DNA of 64,000 bases from assembly GCA_044224905.1 (NCBI GenBank), contig JBGAJN010000001.1, positions 1,079,266 to 1,143,265 of the forward strand, read 5' to 3'. A model generated the notes under the pieces. That model was not told the origin of the DNA and searched no databases. It saw only the letters and a list, made by a program, of their open reading frames with translations. Of this stretch, positions 1 through 9,900 are shown one piece after another. Source of the stretch: Limisphaerales bacterium. Its GTDB lineage: Bacteria; Verrucomicrobiota; Verrucomicrobiia; Limisphaerales; JBGAJN01. The position numbers and the translations under genes were made by a program. The first letter of the stretch is position 1. Every line of letters begins with the position of its first letter.

Positions 1-499
1 ACGCCAGGACGCGGTGAGTCAATTGCCGCAAGCGCTTTTGAAGCTGGAGCGACTCCTCGAGGCATTTGTTGTGGTGTTTCCCGGTCTTCGCGAATGCATT
101 TTCCATCACCTTGCTGCGGGCGACGCCGCGTTGCAGTTGCCGGTTGGTGGCTGCCAGTTCGTGCGTTCGCTGGTCCAGTTCCTCGGTCAGCCAGTTCTCA
201 CGAACTTTGCTTTGTCGGGCGGTGCGATGCGTTTCTTCGATCGGATTATTCGCTGCGGAGAAAAACAATCCCGCACGTTTGATCGCTCCCAGTCGCTTGC
301 TTCGTGAGATGGTGGACCCAAGGAGCATTGCCACCGAACGCTCATGAACTTGAGCCAGTTCCAACGTCTCCAGACCTAGTTCGACCGCTTCACGTCCCAG
401 TCTCGACGCGGCGGGGGAGTCTGCGCGCCGGCTCAGCTTTAAGTGAGTTCGCAAGGCGGTCAGGTATCGGTGAGACCACCTGAGTAGTTTCTGTTTCAT
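1..499 (-). CDS. sensor histidine kinase, N-terminal part (gene runs off the window start; C-terminus missing)
   Basis: Absent from the ORF track because there is no stop inside the window. Hand translation of the minus strand from ATG 499-497 stays open to position 1: MKQKLLRWSHRYLTALRTHLKLSRRADSPAASRLGREAVELGLETLELAQVHERSVAMLL...ELAATNRQLQRGVARSKVMENAFAKTGKHHNKCLEESLQLQKRLRQLTHRVLA. An RsbU_N-like helical module followed by a coiled coil is the usual N-terminus of HisKA_3-type kinases in PVC bacteria (recollection). Confidence 0.6.
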   Translation of the reverse strand, partial: MKQKLLRWSHRYLTALRTHLKLSRRADSPAASRLGREAVELGLETLELAQVHERSVAMLLGSTISRSKRLGAIKRAGLFFSAANNPIEETHRTARQSKVRENWLTEELDQRTHELAATNRQLQRGVARSKVMENAFAKTGKHHNKCLEESLQLQKRLRQLTHRVLA

Positions 500-598
500 T
501 TTGGAGCGCCGAAATCAGCGGAACCCGCCGGCTTGCTTGCTTATTCGCAAACATCCGGAAATCCAACGTGAACATCATTCAACCGCCGTCCACTGTAT

Positions 599-613
599 AT
601 GGGGTGAATTCCC
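599..613 (-). promoter_or_regulatory. CACCCCAT-box copy, minus orientation (GGGAATTCACCCCAT, preceded by TA, followed by ATAC)
   Basis: The plus strand reads ATGGGGTGAATTCCC at 599-613. The copy is intergenic, points at the kinase gene and ends 100 nt upstream of its ATG (499). It is a 4-nt-spacer variant of the box found at 2070, 3199, 12912 and 19629. Confidence 0.5.
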
Positions 614-641
614 TATCCCGCGCACTATGACCTCCGTCGGC

Positions 642-1049
642 TCAGTTCTGCCCGCCCGGTCGCTTGCCCGCCTCGCGCTGATCTTCTTTGCGTTCGTCCT
701 CCGGGGTTTCGAACTCCAGATGAAACTTGTGCAAGAAGCGGTTCACGACGGGCGCCAGCAGGACCGCGACTGAAGTAATGAACACTACGCCGCTGAACAA
801 CGCGTAGAATGATGCGAAGAGTTTCCCCGCCACCGTGTGCAATTCGTTCACCGGCCCCATTCCCGTTAGAATCATCGAGGCGTTGAGTAGCGAATCCAAC
901 CACGTGAGTCCGGCGCAGTAGTGATATCCGACAATGCCAAGCCCCAGCGAAAAGCTGAGCATGGCCCATGCGATCCCCAAGCTCCGCAGCACGCGTAGAA
1001 CAAAGATCCGCCGCGGTAACAACGCTCTCTTTTTCCCGTGATCAGCCAT
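642..1049 (-). CDS. small two-TM ion-channel-like membrane protein (degenerate pore loop)
   Basis: 135-aa ORF with two hydrophobic helices flanking WLDSLLNASMILTGMGP. This resembles the W-D-x-x-Y...TTVGYG pore-helix/filter of 2-TM K+ channels, but with a non-canonical filter. The C-terminus is acidic. Co-oriented with cheB and the kinase. Confidence 0.6.
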   Translation of the reverse strand: MADHGKKRALLPRRIFVLRVLRSLGIAWAMLSFSLGLGIVGYHYCAGLTWLDSLLNASMILTGMGPVNELHTVAGKLFASFYALFSGVVFITSVAVLLAPVVNRFLHKFHLEFETPEDERKEDQREAGKRPGGQN

Positions 1050-1177
1050 AGCAATTGGTCTAGATGCGGCACATCACCCGTCCGAGAGGATTCCTCAGCA
1101 GAAGTGTGGCGGACGCTAAAGAATGGTCGCCCGATGCTGGTGCCCAAGCAAGTCAACTGGTTGCACAGTTTGTAAAT

Positions 1178-1846
1178 TTAACGCTGGACCGAAGTCGGCT
1201 TTCTATGGCGCACCTTCAAGTTTTCCTTGGCGCTTCGCCGGGGATTTCTAACTTTCTTGGTCGCGTCAACGAGTTGCATCAATTTTGGCGCAATGGCATT
1301 CAAAGGCAGGATAAAATCCACGTCGCCCGTGTTGATCGAACTTTCCGGCATGCTGAAATCCTGAGACGTGAGTCGATCTTGAGCAATGACCTTGCCCCCT
1401 TTCTTTTTGATGATCTGCACGCCCGTCGAGCCGTCGCCATCTCCACCGGTCAATACTACGGCGATGGCATTCGTTTTGTATAATCTGGCAACCGAAGCAA
1501 ACAGGGGTTCCGCAGATGGGCGTGCGTGATGAACTTTTTCCGCTGACGTGAGTTTGAGACGACCACCTTTAGCCACCACCAGGTGATGATTGGGTGGGGC
1601 AACAAAAACACTGGAACGGCACAGCACGTCGCCGGTATGCGCCTGAGCCACCAGCAAATCTGTGCGACAACTCAGGATTTCGGCCAGGATGCTTTTATGC
1701 TCGGGAGACACGTGCATCACGATGGTAATGGCCGCTCCGAAATCCTTCGGGAGACCGCTCAGAATCACAGACAACGCCTTCAAGCCACCGGCGGAAGCCG
1801 CCATGGCAATCACACAATTTACCGCGTCACATTTCGCTTCACGCAT
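1178..1846 (-). CDS. cheB: CheB-type protein-glutamate methylesterase, catalytic domain only (no REC domain)
   Basis: 222 aa. Carries the CheB catalytic signatures MAASAGGLKAL (Ser), VMHVSP (His) and AQD...FSMPESSI (Asp/GMP region). At this length there is no room for an N-terminal receiver domain. Confidence 0.85.
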   Translation of the reverse strand: MREAKCDAVNCVIAMAASAGGLKALSVILSGLPKDFGAAITIVMHVSPEHKSILAEILSCRTDLLVAQAHTGDVLCRSSVFVAPPNHHLVVAKGGRLKLTSAEKVHHARPSAEPLFASVARLYKTNAIAVVLTGGDGDGSTGVQIIKKKGGKVIAQDRLTSQDFSMPESSINTGDVDFILPLNAIAPKLMQLVDATKKVRNPRRSAKENLKVRHRKPTSVQR

Positions 1847-1969
1847 GAACAGATTTGAAAAAGTTAACAGCCGATCCTATTGGTGGACCCTGATGGCTCG
1901 CGTTGAGCAGAGTCGAGGCGGTTACCTGTTACAGCGTGCTGACGCTGGCGCACGCGTGTCCGCGACACC

Positions 1970-1987
1970 ATGGGGTCTTCACCCCAT
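1970..1987. promoter_or_regulatory. perfect 18-bp palindrome ATGGGGT-CTTC-ACCCCAT (palindromic CACCCCAT-box copy)
   Basis: Read directly at 1970-1987 in the cheB / ohr divergent intergenic region. It lies 124 nt upstream of the cheB ATG (1846) and 83 nt upstream of the next box copy (2070). Confidence 0.5.
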
Positions 1988-2067
1988 CGCGCACCCGTGG
2001 CGGTGTCGGATCGAGTTTCCAAACGGGCCGTCGCTGGGGCTCGGCGACGCGGGCACATGAGAAGTGG

Positions 2068-2085
2068 TAGGGTTACACCCCATGG
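2068..2085 (+). promoter_or_regulatory. CACCCCAT-box copy (TAGGGTTACACCCCATGG)
   Basis: Exact 14-mer GGGTTACACCCCAT at 2070-2083, identical to the copies at 12912 and 19629. It ends 79 nt upstream of the mini-ORF at 2162 that heads the ohr-csbD unit. Confidence 0.55.
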
Positions 2086-2161
2086 GTGGAAGCGCTCTTG
2101 TTGCGTAGGGTGATTTAGACAACGACGGCAATTGAATTGCCATCAAACCGAAAGACTTCTT

Positions 2162-2269
2162 ATGCATTTCCTCGCTACCCCGCTCTTGGCGAACTTTTAC
2201 TACATCGGCGGCGGTTCGGTCGGGGTTCTCCTCGTAATCATCGTTGTGGTGCTCCTGTTGCGCCGCTGA
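2162..2269 (+). CDS. 35-aa hydrophobic mini-protein (single TM, C-terminal RR)
   Basis: Not in the ORF track (<60 aa). ATG 2162 to TGA 2267-2269 encodes MHFLATPLLANFYYIGGGSVGVLLVIIVVVLLLRR. Its spacing behind the box (79 nt) matches the other boxed units (70 and 78 nt). It sits immediately upstream of ohr. Confidence 0.4.
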   Translation: MHFLATPLLANFYYIGGGSVGVLLVIIVVVLLLRR

Positions 2270-2305
2270 TGCCTGACCGGCGGCACGCCAACTCTCGTTC
2301 AATTC

Positions 2306-2743
2306 ATGATCAACAATTCAACTTCGACTATGACCACACTCTTCACTGCAGAATCCATTTCCAAGGGCGGCCGCTCTGGAACGATCAAAACACCCGACGG
2401 CAAGCCGATCGTCACCTTGGGAAATCCCTTGGAGAAGGGTGCGGAGAAGCGCGGCCCCAGTCCCGAGATGCTGTTCGCGGGCGCCTACTCGGCTTGCTAC
2501 CACGGGGCTTTGATCAATGCCACGAAGAAGCTCGGCACCTCGGTCACGGATTCCACCGTGCGGGCCTTGGTCAGTCTAATTGAAGACGATCAGGGCGGAT
2601 ACCGCCTCGGCGTTGAGTTGCACGCCCATCTGCCGGGAGTCGATCGCGCACGGGCGCAACGCATCATGGAGGAAGCGCACAAAACTTGTCCCTATTCCAA
2701 AGCTTTGCGGGGAGATGCGGCGGTCGCACTGATCGTAGATTAG
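2306..2743 (+). CDS. ohr: organic hydroperoxide resistance protein (Ohr/OsmC family)
   Basis: 145-aa ORF; the likely true start is ATG 2330 (MTTLFTAESISKGGRSG). Both catalytic Cys contexts of the Ohr family are present (AYSACYHGAL and HKTCPYSKAL). Confidence 0.9.
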   Translation: MINNSTSTMTTLFTAESISKGGRSGTIKTPDGKPIVTLGNPLEKGAEKRGPSPEMLFAGAYSACYHGALINATKKLGTSVTDSTVRALVSLIEDDQGGYRLGVELHAHLPGVDRARAQRIMEEAHKTCPYSKALRGDAAVALIVD

Positions 2744-2850
2744 CCGTAATTCGCAACGTGCTGGCCAAACAGCGCGCGCGTCGGCCGGTCACAAAATGCT
2801 TTTACCGTCATGACGACGGCGAATGAACCACACAACAACACCAAAACATC

Positions 2851-3051
2851 ATGACCAAACTCGAAATCAAAGGCGACTGGAACATCACCAAGGGCAAGTT
2901 GAAACAGAAGTGGGCCAAGCTCACCGACGACGATCTTCAGTATGCCCAAGGCAAACAGGAGGAACTTGTCGGCCGCATTCAGAAGCGCACGGGCGAAACC
3001 CGGGAAGCGGTCGAAAAGGCTCTGAAGGAATCCTCGTCCACCTGCTGCTAA
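2851..3051 (+). CDS. csbD: CsbD-family general stress protein
   Basis: 66 aa. MTKLEIKGDWNITKGKLKQKWAKLTDDDLQYAQGKQEELVGRIQKRTGETREAVEKAL is the canonical CsbD repeat pattern. Confidence 0.9.
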   Translation: MTKLEIKGDWNITKGKLKQKWAKLTDDDLQYAQGKQEELVGRIQKRTGETREAVEKALKESSSTCC

Positions 3052-3134
3052 TAGAGCACCGACTTAGGCGCGCCCTGATTTCCAACGCCAGCCGTTGATA
3101 AAAGGGCCGCGCAGCCAACCGCGGAGTTAGAACC

Positions 3135-3172
3135 CAGCCGCTCGGTTTACACCGGGCGGCTGTTCCCTTTTT
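3135..3172 (+). terminator. rho-independent terminator after csbD
   Basis: Stem CAGCCGC(t)CGG 3135-3145 pairs with CCG(g)GCGGCTG 3152-3162 and is followed by TTCCCTTTTT. Confidence 0.7.
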
Positions 3173-3196
3173 AGGCGCGAATGATTGCTGAATCGG

Positions 3197-3214
3197 TAGG
3201 GTTTCACCCCATGG
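3197..3214 (+). promoter_or_regulatory. CACCCCAT-box copy (TAGGGTTTCACCCCATGG)
   Basis: GGGTTTCACCCCAT at 3199-3212 has one mismatch to the 14-mer. It ends 26-47 nt upstream of the three candidate ATGs (3238, 3247, 3259) of the OMP gene. Confidence 0.5.
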
Positions 3215-3237
3215 TTGCAGGCCTTCCGAGCGGTAGC

Positions 3238-3792
3238 ATGACACTTATGAAAAAACTAATGAAACACGGAATGGTCATCGGCGGAACGATCCTGTTGCTG
3301 GCCGCAAAGCCTGTCCTTGCGGCTGACACGAACACATACAATCAGGACGACAGGTATCGCGCCCACGAAACCAGCCTCGATCTGTTCGGCACCGCGGCGA
3401 TCGGCCAACAGACTATCAATCACATCACCGGCATCCGTGCCAATCGCGACGTCGCCTTGGGGGCAGGCGCAGGAATGAACTATTTCCTCACCCGCAACTT
3501 CGGTTTCGGCGCGGAAGCCTACTCCCAGAACATCGGCCACAGCTTCATCGACAACGCGTCGGCCAGCTTGATTGGTCGCTTCCCGCTCGGTTTGAGTGGA
3601 TTTGCCCCTTACGTCTACGGCGGCGGTGGCTATCAATTCGATCCGAACGAACTGTGGTTCGCCCACGTGGGTGCCGGAATCGAGTATCGCTTCACGCGGA
3701 ACATTGGCGCCTTCGTTGACGCCCGTTACGTGTTGACCGACGGCACGAGAAATTATGGTTTGGGACGCGCTGGTGTCCGTTTCGCCTTCTAA
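3238..3792 (+). CDS. outer-membrane beta-barrel protein (OmpW/OprF-N-like small porin family)
   Basis: Signal peptide MKKLMKHGMVIGGTILLLAAKPVLA, alternating beta-strand pattern, Gly/aromatic-rich, and a C-terminal ...GLGRAGVRFAF ending in Phe (OMP sorting signature). The track ORF starts at 3181; I trimmed it to the first ATG after the box. Confidence 0.8.
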   Translation: MTLMKKLMKHGMVIGGTILLLAAKPVLAADTNTYNQDDRYRAHETSLDLFGTAAIGQQTINHITGIRANRDVALGAGAGMNYFLTRNFGFGAEAYSQNIGHSFIDNASASLIGRFPLGLSGFAPYVYGGGGYQFDPNELWFAHVGAGIEYRFTRNIGAFVDARYVLTDGTRNYGLGRAGVRFAF

Positions 3793-3810
3793 ACTTTCGC
3801 TGTATCAACT

Positions 3811-3841
3811 GCGCCTCCAGAAAAACTGGAGGCGCTTTTTT
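3811..3841 (+). terminator. rho-independent terminator after the OMP gene
   Basis: GCGCCTCCAG 3811-3820, loop AAAAA, CTGGAGGCGC 3826-3835, then TTTTTT. Confidence 0.85.
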
Positions 3842-3905
3842 GTGCAGATAGTTGGTTGCTACAGTTAGCGAAATCAAATCGAGCAAGACGAACGCCGAGT
3901 TGCAA

Positions 3906-6900
3906 TTAAAGCTTCATCTCCACGAAATGTTCTTTGCGGTCGTCGATTAGCGGAACCGTTTTCCCTGTGAGCGCTGTGCCGTCGAGGAAGAGTTGATTCG
4001 CGTTTGGCGAATCCGCGGATACTCGGCTGAAGGTGATGTGATAGACCGTTTGCTGGTAGCGATAATGAATCTTGTAGCTCGTCCAACTGTTCGGCAGCCG
4101 CGGCGTTAAACGCAATTGATCGCCTTCCCGGTTCACGCCCAGGAGTGTTTCGATCAAGAGCCGATACATCCAGCCAGCGGACCCCGTATACCATGTCCAA
4201 CCGCCACGACCGGTGTGCGGCGCGATCGCGTAGACGTCCGCCGCGACGACATAAGGTTCCACCTTGTAGGTGGCGATCTGTTGGGCGGTCCCGCCGTGAT
4301 GAACGGGATTGAGCAGTGAGAACAGCTCCCACGCGTGGTCGTTTTCGCCCCTGAGCGCGAAGGCCATGACGGTCCAAATCGCTCCGTGAGTGTATTGCCC
4401 GCCGTTTTCGCGAACGCCGGGAATATAGCCTTTGATGTAACCCGGGTTCAGAGACGACTTGTCGAAAGGCGGATCGAACAATTGGATGAGTTCGGCTTTG
4501 CGCCGAACGAGGCGTTCGTCCACAGAGTTCATGGCCTGACGCGAACGCACGGGATCGCCCGCACCGCTGATGACCGACCAGCTTTGCGGCAGGGAATCGA
4601 TCTGACACTCTGGATTGCTCTGGGAACCGAGCGGTTCGCCATTGTCGAAGTAGGCGCGCCGATACCACTCGCCGTCCCAGGCGTGTTGCTCGATGTTCCG
4701 TTGCAATTGACGCGCCTGCGAGAGGCAGCGCTGGGCGAACGGGAGATCGTTGCGTGACCGCGCCAGTTCGGCGAAGCGGTTGAGCACATCGTAAAGAAAA
4801 AAAGCCAGCCAGACGCTTTCGCCCCGTCCGCCTTTTCCCACCATGTTCATGCCGTCATTCCAGTCGCCGCAACCGATCAGCGGCAAACCGTGTTCACCAA
4901 ATCTCAACGCCCGCTCGATAGCTCGAACGCAATGCTCATAGAGCGTCGCGGATTCCTCGGAGCGATGCGGCAGATCGTAGTAAGCCTCCTCCTCCGGTTT
5001 GAGGAGCCTTGCTTCCAGAAAAGGAATCTTTTCATCCAGCACTCCGGTGTCCGCAATGCACGCGACGTAATGGCAGGTCACGTACGGCAACCACAGCAAG
5101 TCGTCGGAAAAATGCGTGCGCACGCCGCGTCCTGCCGGTGGATGCCACCAATGTTGCACGTCGCCTTCGCGAAATTGATGCGAAGCGGCGCGGAGCAAAT
5201 GCTCGCGGATAAGTGCCGGTTCGGAATGCACCAGTGCCATTGAATCTTGCAACTGGTCGCGAAATCCATAAGCGCCACCCGATTGATAGAATCCCGTGCG
5301 ACCCCAGAGCCGGCAGCTCAGCGTCTGGTACAACAACCATCCGTTGGCCATGACGTTCACCGCAGGATCCGGCGTATCGACGTTCACGGACCCGAGCGTG
5401 CGGTTCCAATATTCCCAGACGGCTTCGAGCGTCACGCGACTCGCGTCGGCGCGGCGGAAGCGACGGATGAGATTCTGCACTTCACCAGCGTTGCGCCCCA
5501 CTCCGAGGCGGAAACAAAACTCACGCTCCTGCCCGTCCGCGAGGCTGAAGGCAACCTGCACCGCGCCGCAGGGATCGAGTCCGGCACCGACTTTTCCCGA
5601 GAGCCGAGCGCGCTTCATGGCCGCCGGCTGGGCGAGGTCTGCGTTCCGGCCGATAAACTCTTTTCGATCACCGGTAAGCGTTCGCGTGATGTCGTTCACG
5701 TCGATGAAGGCGATGCGATCCGGGAAATCAGTGTTGTAGTGATTGCGCGCCAAGAGTGCGCCAGTCTTGAGGTCGACCTCTGTTTGCACATGCAGCAGGC
5801 TCTTGTGTCGCAGGTCACCCAACACCCACTCGACGTAGCCCGTGACGGAAAGCCGGCGGGAATCCCCCGAGATGTTGCGCAATTTCAGCACGGAGAACTT
5901 CACTGGCGCATCCATCGCCACATAAACCCACAACTCGGAGGCAATGCCGTGCTCGGTGTGCTCGAACACCGTGTAGCCGAAGCCGTGGCGAATCACATAA
6001 GGCGTTGTCCCCTGCGCAGGCAGCGGCGTGGGCGACCAGAAAGCACCGGTCTGGTCATCGCGAATGTAGAACGCCTCGCCCGTGGTGTCCTGGACCGGAT
6101 CGTTGCTCCATGGCGTCAGTCGAAATTCATGCGAGTTCTCTACCCACGAGTAAGCCGCGCCGCTCTCGGAGATCACGGTGCCGAAGTACGGATTGGCTAG
6201 CACGTTGACCCACGGCGCGGGCGTCATCTGGCCGGGTTGAAGCGTGATCACGTATTCGTGACCGTCGCGAGTGAAGCCGCCGTAGCCATTGGGAAAAATT
6301 AATTCACGTTGCGGAACGTGTTCAGGGAGTTCCGGTGAACGAGAGCGACTGATTTTGAGCGCCGGAATGGCCGGCTCGAGGACGCTGCGATGCTCCATCT
6401 GTTCGGCGAGCGTCCCTTTTTCGTCATCGAGGACAATGCGCGCCGCGGCTTGGAGAAGCACTCGATCATCGTTGGGGATTTGTTCCAATCGCCGAACGAA
6501 AATTCCGCCCGGCTTGTCCAGCATCTGCGCCTCGATGCCTGACGAAATGTGGCTGGTGATCTGATCCTGCAACGTTTGACGGTAAACCGAGACGTCTTCG
6601 TTCACGATCACGAGATCGACCGTCAATCCCTTCATGCGCCAGTAGGAGTGGGCTTGGATCAACTGCCGCACGATCTCGATCTTCGCCCCGTCGCTAATGC
6701 GGAGCAGCACGATTGGGGCATCACCGGAAATTCCGTAGCTCCAGAGCCCGTTTTGGCCGCGTCGATTGTTGAGCAACACTGCGGGATTGGCGCGCCGTGC
6801 AGGGTCCGCGTAGATCAACGCACCGGCGAGTCGCCCGTAAAGCTGAGCCTCCGCCTCGGTGACGTTGAGTTGGTGCAATGTTACTTGGCTGTGAGTCCAC

Positions 6901-9900
6901 GCGAGATCGAATGCGCGGTCGGCCATGCGCGGGCTTTGATACTTCTCCACTTGGGCCAACGCCGCTTCTCGGCTCTCTGTCACACCGATCACGAGATCGA
7001 CGATCGCAGTTTCGTGCGGCGCCAAAGCAATCGTGCGGCGGAGCGAAACGATGGGGTCGAGCACGGAGCCCACGGTGTTCGAAAGCGGCGCCGAATCCTG
7101 CATCGCCGCCGGATTGGCTAGGCTGCCGCCGCGACCGACGAACCGCGATCGATCCGTTTCGCAGGAGACTTGACCCTGGCCACCGCCTTGACCCAGCAGC
7201 AGATGCAGCAACCACGGCGGCTTCTCTTCCGCTGATCGAGCGCGGCGGGTGCAGAGAATAGCGGAGGAGTCGCGAGCGAATTCGGTTTGCACAAAAAGAT
7301 TACTGAAGGCGGGATGCGCCGCATCCGCGCTGGGAAGTGCGAGCACCACTTCGGCGTAGCTCGTCAGTTCAATCTGCCGCGCGACGGGCGAGCGATTGGT
7401 GATGGTGATGCGTCGCAACTCGATATCGTCCTCGGGCGAAACGCTGATCTCGGTATGAATTTCGAGACCCGCGTGACGTTGCCGAAACTCCGCGCGCGCC
7501 TGCGTGAAAATCGCTTCGTAACCCTTCGTGGGGCGCAAGGTGGGTTGGTACGCGGTCGACCAGAATTCACCGGTCACCAGATCGCGCAGATAGACAAACG
7601 TTCCCCAGCAATCGCGCGTCGCGTCTTCACGCCAGCGGGTAACCGCCAGATCGCGCCAGCGACTGTAGCCGCCGCCAGCGCTGCTGATGACGACGTGATA
7701 GCGACCGTTGGAAAGAAGATGAACCTCGGGCACGGGCGGCGAAGGGTTCGTGAAAATCCGCATGATGGATTCGCCGTCTCCGGTGAACGCCCGCGATTCC
7801 TCCAACTTCAAATCTTCGGCGAGCACGCTGGCCGCGGCCTTGGGCACGCGCTCCTGCAACAGGAGATCCGCCGCCTTCAACAATGGACACGCCATGAAGC
7901 GCCGTTGCATCGGGTAGTCGCGCAACAGATTTACCAACGCGAGGAGGCTCATCCCTTGATGATGCGCCATGAACGATTGAATGGTGGCGCTCGTCGTGTC
8001 CGGAGGCAGACGCGACGGCGTGTAATCCACCGCTTCATAGAAACCGTAGGGACCGGAGCGGCCGTCGCTCGCGAGACGTTGCAAGTTTTCGCAGGCTTCG
8101 ACGGGCGCCACCATCAGCGCCATCGCGGTGGCGTATGGGGCGATTACCAAGTCCTCGGCGAGCCCGCGTTTCAATCCCAGACCCGGCACGCCGAACGCGC
8201 GGTATTGGTAATTCAGTTCAACATCGGTGCGGTTGTAGCCCGACTCGGAAATGCCCCACGGCACGCCGCGCAGTTTCCCGTATTCGATCTGCTGTTGCAC
8301 CGCGGCGCGACAGGTGTGATCAAGCAGCGTGTTTTCAAAATTGGGCGTCACGAGCAGCGGCATCAGGTATTCGAACATCGAACCGCTCCACGAAACCAAG
8401 ATTGGCTTGCCTTGCGACGCGACCAGCAATCGTCCCATTGAAAACCAATGGTCTTGAGGAACCTGTCCGAGTGCGATGGCGACGTAGCTGCACAGACGTG
8501 CCTCGGAGGCGAGGAGGTCATAAAAGCTCGTGTCGGCGCGGCGCTCGGTGACGTTGTAGCCGGTGGCGAAAAGGTCCCTTGCTGTGTCGAACAGAAACAG
8601 AAAATCCATGCGAGCCAGGTCATCGCATTGCGTCGCTAATGCTTCCAATGCGGCCAAGCGCTGGCGGGCATGGTCGCTAGCTTCACGCATACAGCGCGTC
8701 CATTCATCGCTGTGCCCGCTGGTTTCGCTCACGACGCCGAGCTGCTCATCCAATTTGGAAACTTCGCGCAACGACAGCGCTTGATCGAGTTGACCCGGGT
8801 TTCCTTCCGACTTCTCAGCGGTTGGTCTGGGAGCGATCGAATCAATTTGCGATTTCGGATTTCGGATTTCGGATTGGGTGATCGCGCCATCTGCGGATTG
8901 GTTGAGGTCACCGCGAGCGGGCAAAGTTAGCCACGGCGCGAGGAAAACCAGTTCTTCAAAATGCTCGTCGCAACTCCGCTTTAGTGTCTGCGTCCAGTCA
9001 TTGAGTTGTTCATCACCGTTCCCAAGTGCGGCGACGAGTGCGTTCGCATGTTGCGTCGTGCTTTGAAGCAGGCGGAACGACGCTCGAAGTCCCGAAGGCG
9101 CGGCGTCGAGTTCGGCATCGAGCTTGGCCAGCGTCGCGTTTTCGTGAGTCAGACCACGAAGCAACTTCACGGTGTCGCGCAGACCGATGAAGATCTGCGG
9201 CGTGAAAATTTTCTCATCGGCTTGTTCGCGCAACCCAGCGGCAAGCGTAAGCAAATGACCCGCGAGGTTGCCGCTGTCCACACTCGATACGTAGAGCGGA
9301 AGGAGAGGCTGCAATGTTCGCGTTTCATACCAGTTGTAAAAATGGCCGCGATGCCGTTCGAGACGTTGCATCGTAGCGAGCGCGGCTTGGGTGCGGCGAA
9401 TCAGGCCACCCGTCGAAAGATATCCAAAGTCGTGAGCCGCCAGATTGGCGAGCAGCGCCAAGCCCATGTTCGTGGGCGAAGTTCGCGACGCAATGACGGG
9501 CGCGGGAATTTCCTGAAAATTGTCCGGCGGTAGCCAATTCTCGCGCGCGGTAACGAAGGTCTCGAAAAAGTGCCAAGTCTTGCGGGCGGTTTGGCGGAGA
9601 AAGCTCAATTGGTCCGCGGACAAATCCGGCGGGCGGGTCTCGATAGGCTGGCTGATCCGCCACGCGATCCACGGAGCCGCGAGCCAGACGCCAATAAGGG
9701 GCAAGGCTGGCAACATCTCGTTGGGTTGGAAAAGTGCTATGGCAAAAGCGCTCGCCAATGCCACCGTTGGCGAAATCCACATGGTGGAGAAGAAGTCCCC
9801 GAGTTCGGCGCGAGTGGAACGCTCCGAATCGCTCGACGTCTGCCATTCGAGAAGTCGCTTATGCGTCACCAGCAGGCGCAGCACGGTTCTCCCGATGGCG

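Noticed and set aside
2068-2085. Reading the CACCCCAT-box as a sigma-54 (-24 GG / -12 GC) promoter or as a sigma-70-like TTACAC -35 element.
   Set aside because: The GG-N10-GC spacing does not fit in any copy; only the 3199 copy has a TTGCA, and it is at the wrong distance. No conserved -10-like hexamer is found 16-18 nt downstream of TTACAC in the aligned copies. The mechanism is left open.
1979-2302. 107-aa minus-strand ORF filling the cheB / ohr intergenic region.
   Set aside because: It runs antisense through two CACCCCAT-box copies and the 35-aa mini-ORF. It has no signal or family features and a poor C-terminal composition. The box geometry favours plus-strand expression here.
3874-4668. 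264-aa minus-strand ORF overlapping the 3-prime end of the glucan synthase gene in another frame, plus numerous 60-170-aa ORFs nested in 3906-12719.
   Set aside because: They are out-of-frame overlaps inside a single continuous 2937-aa ORF with end-to-end Cgs-like architecture. Their composition is Arg/Ser/Pro-biased.
8851-8875. 7-nt tandem repeat in the glucan synthase gene as a phase-variation (frameshift) switch.
   Set aside because: There are only 3.5 units, which is too short for efficient slippage. The repeat sits in a low-complexity linker. It is kept as a repeat feature only.
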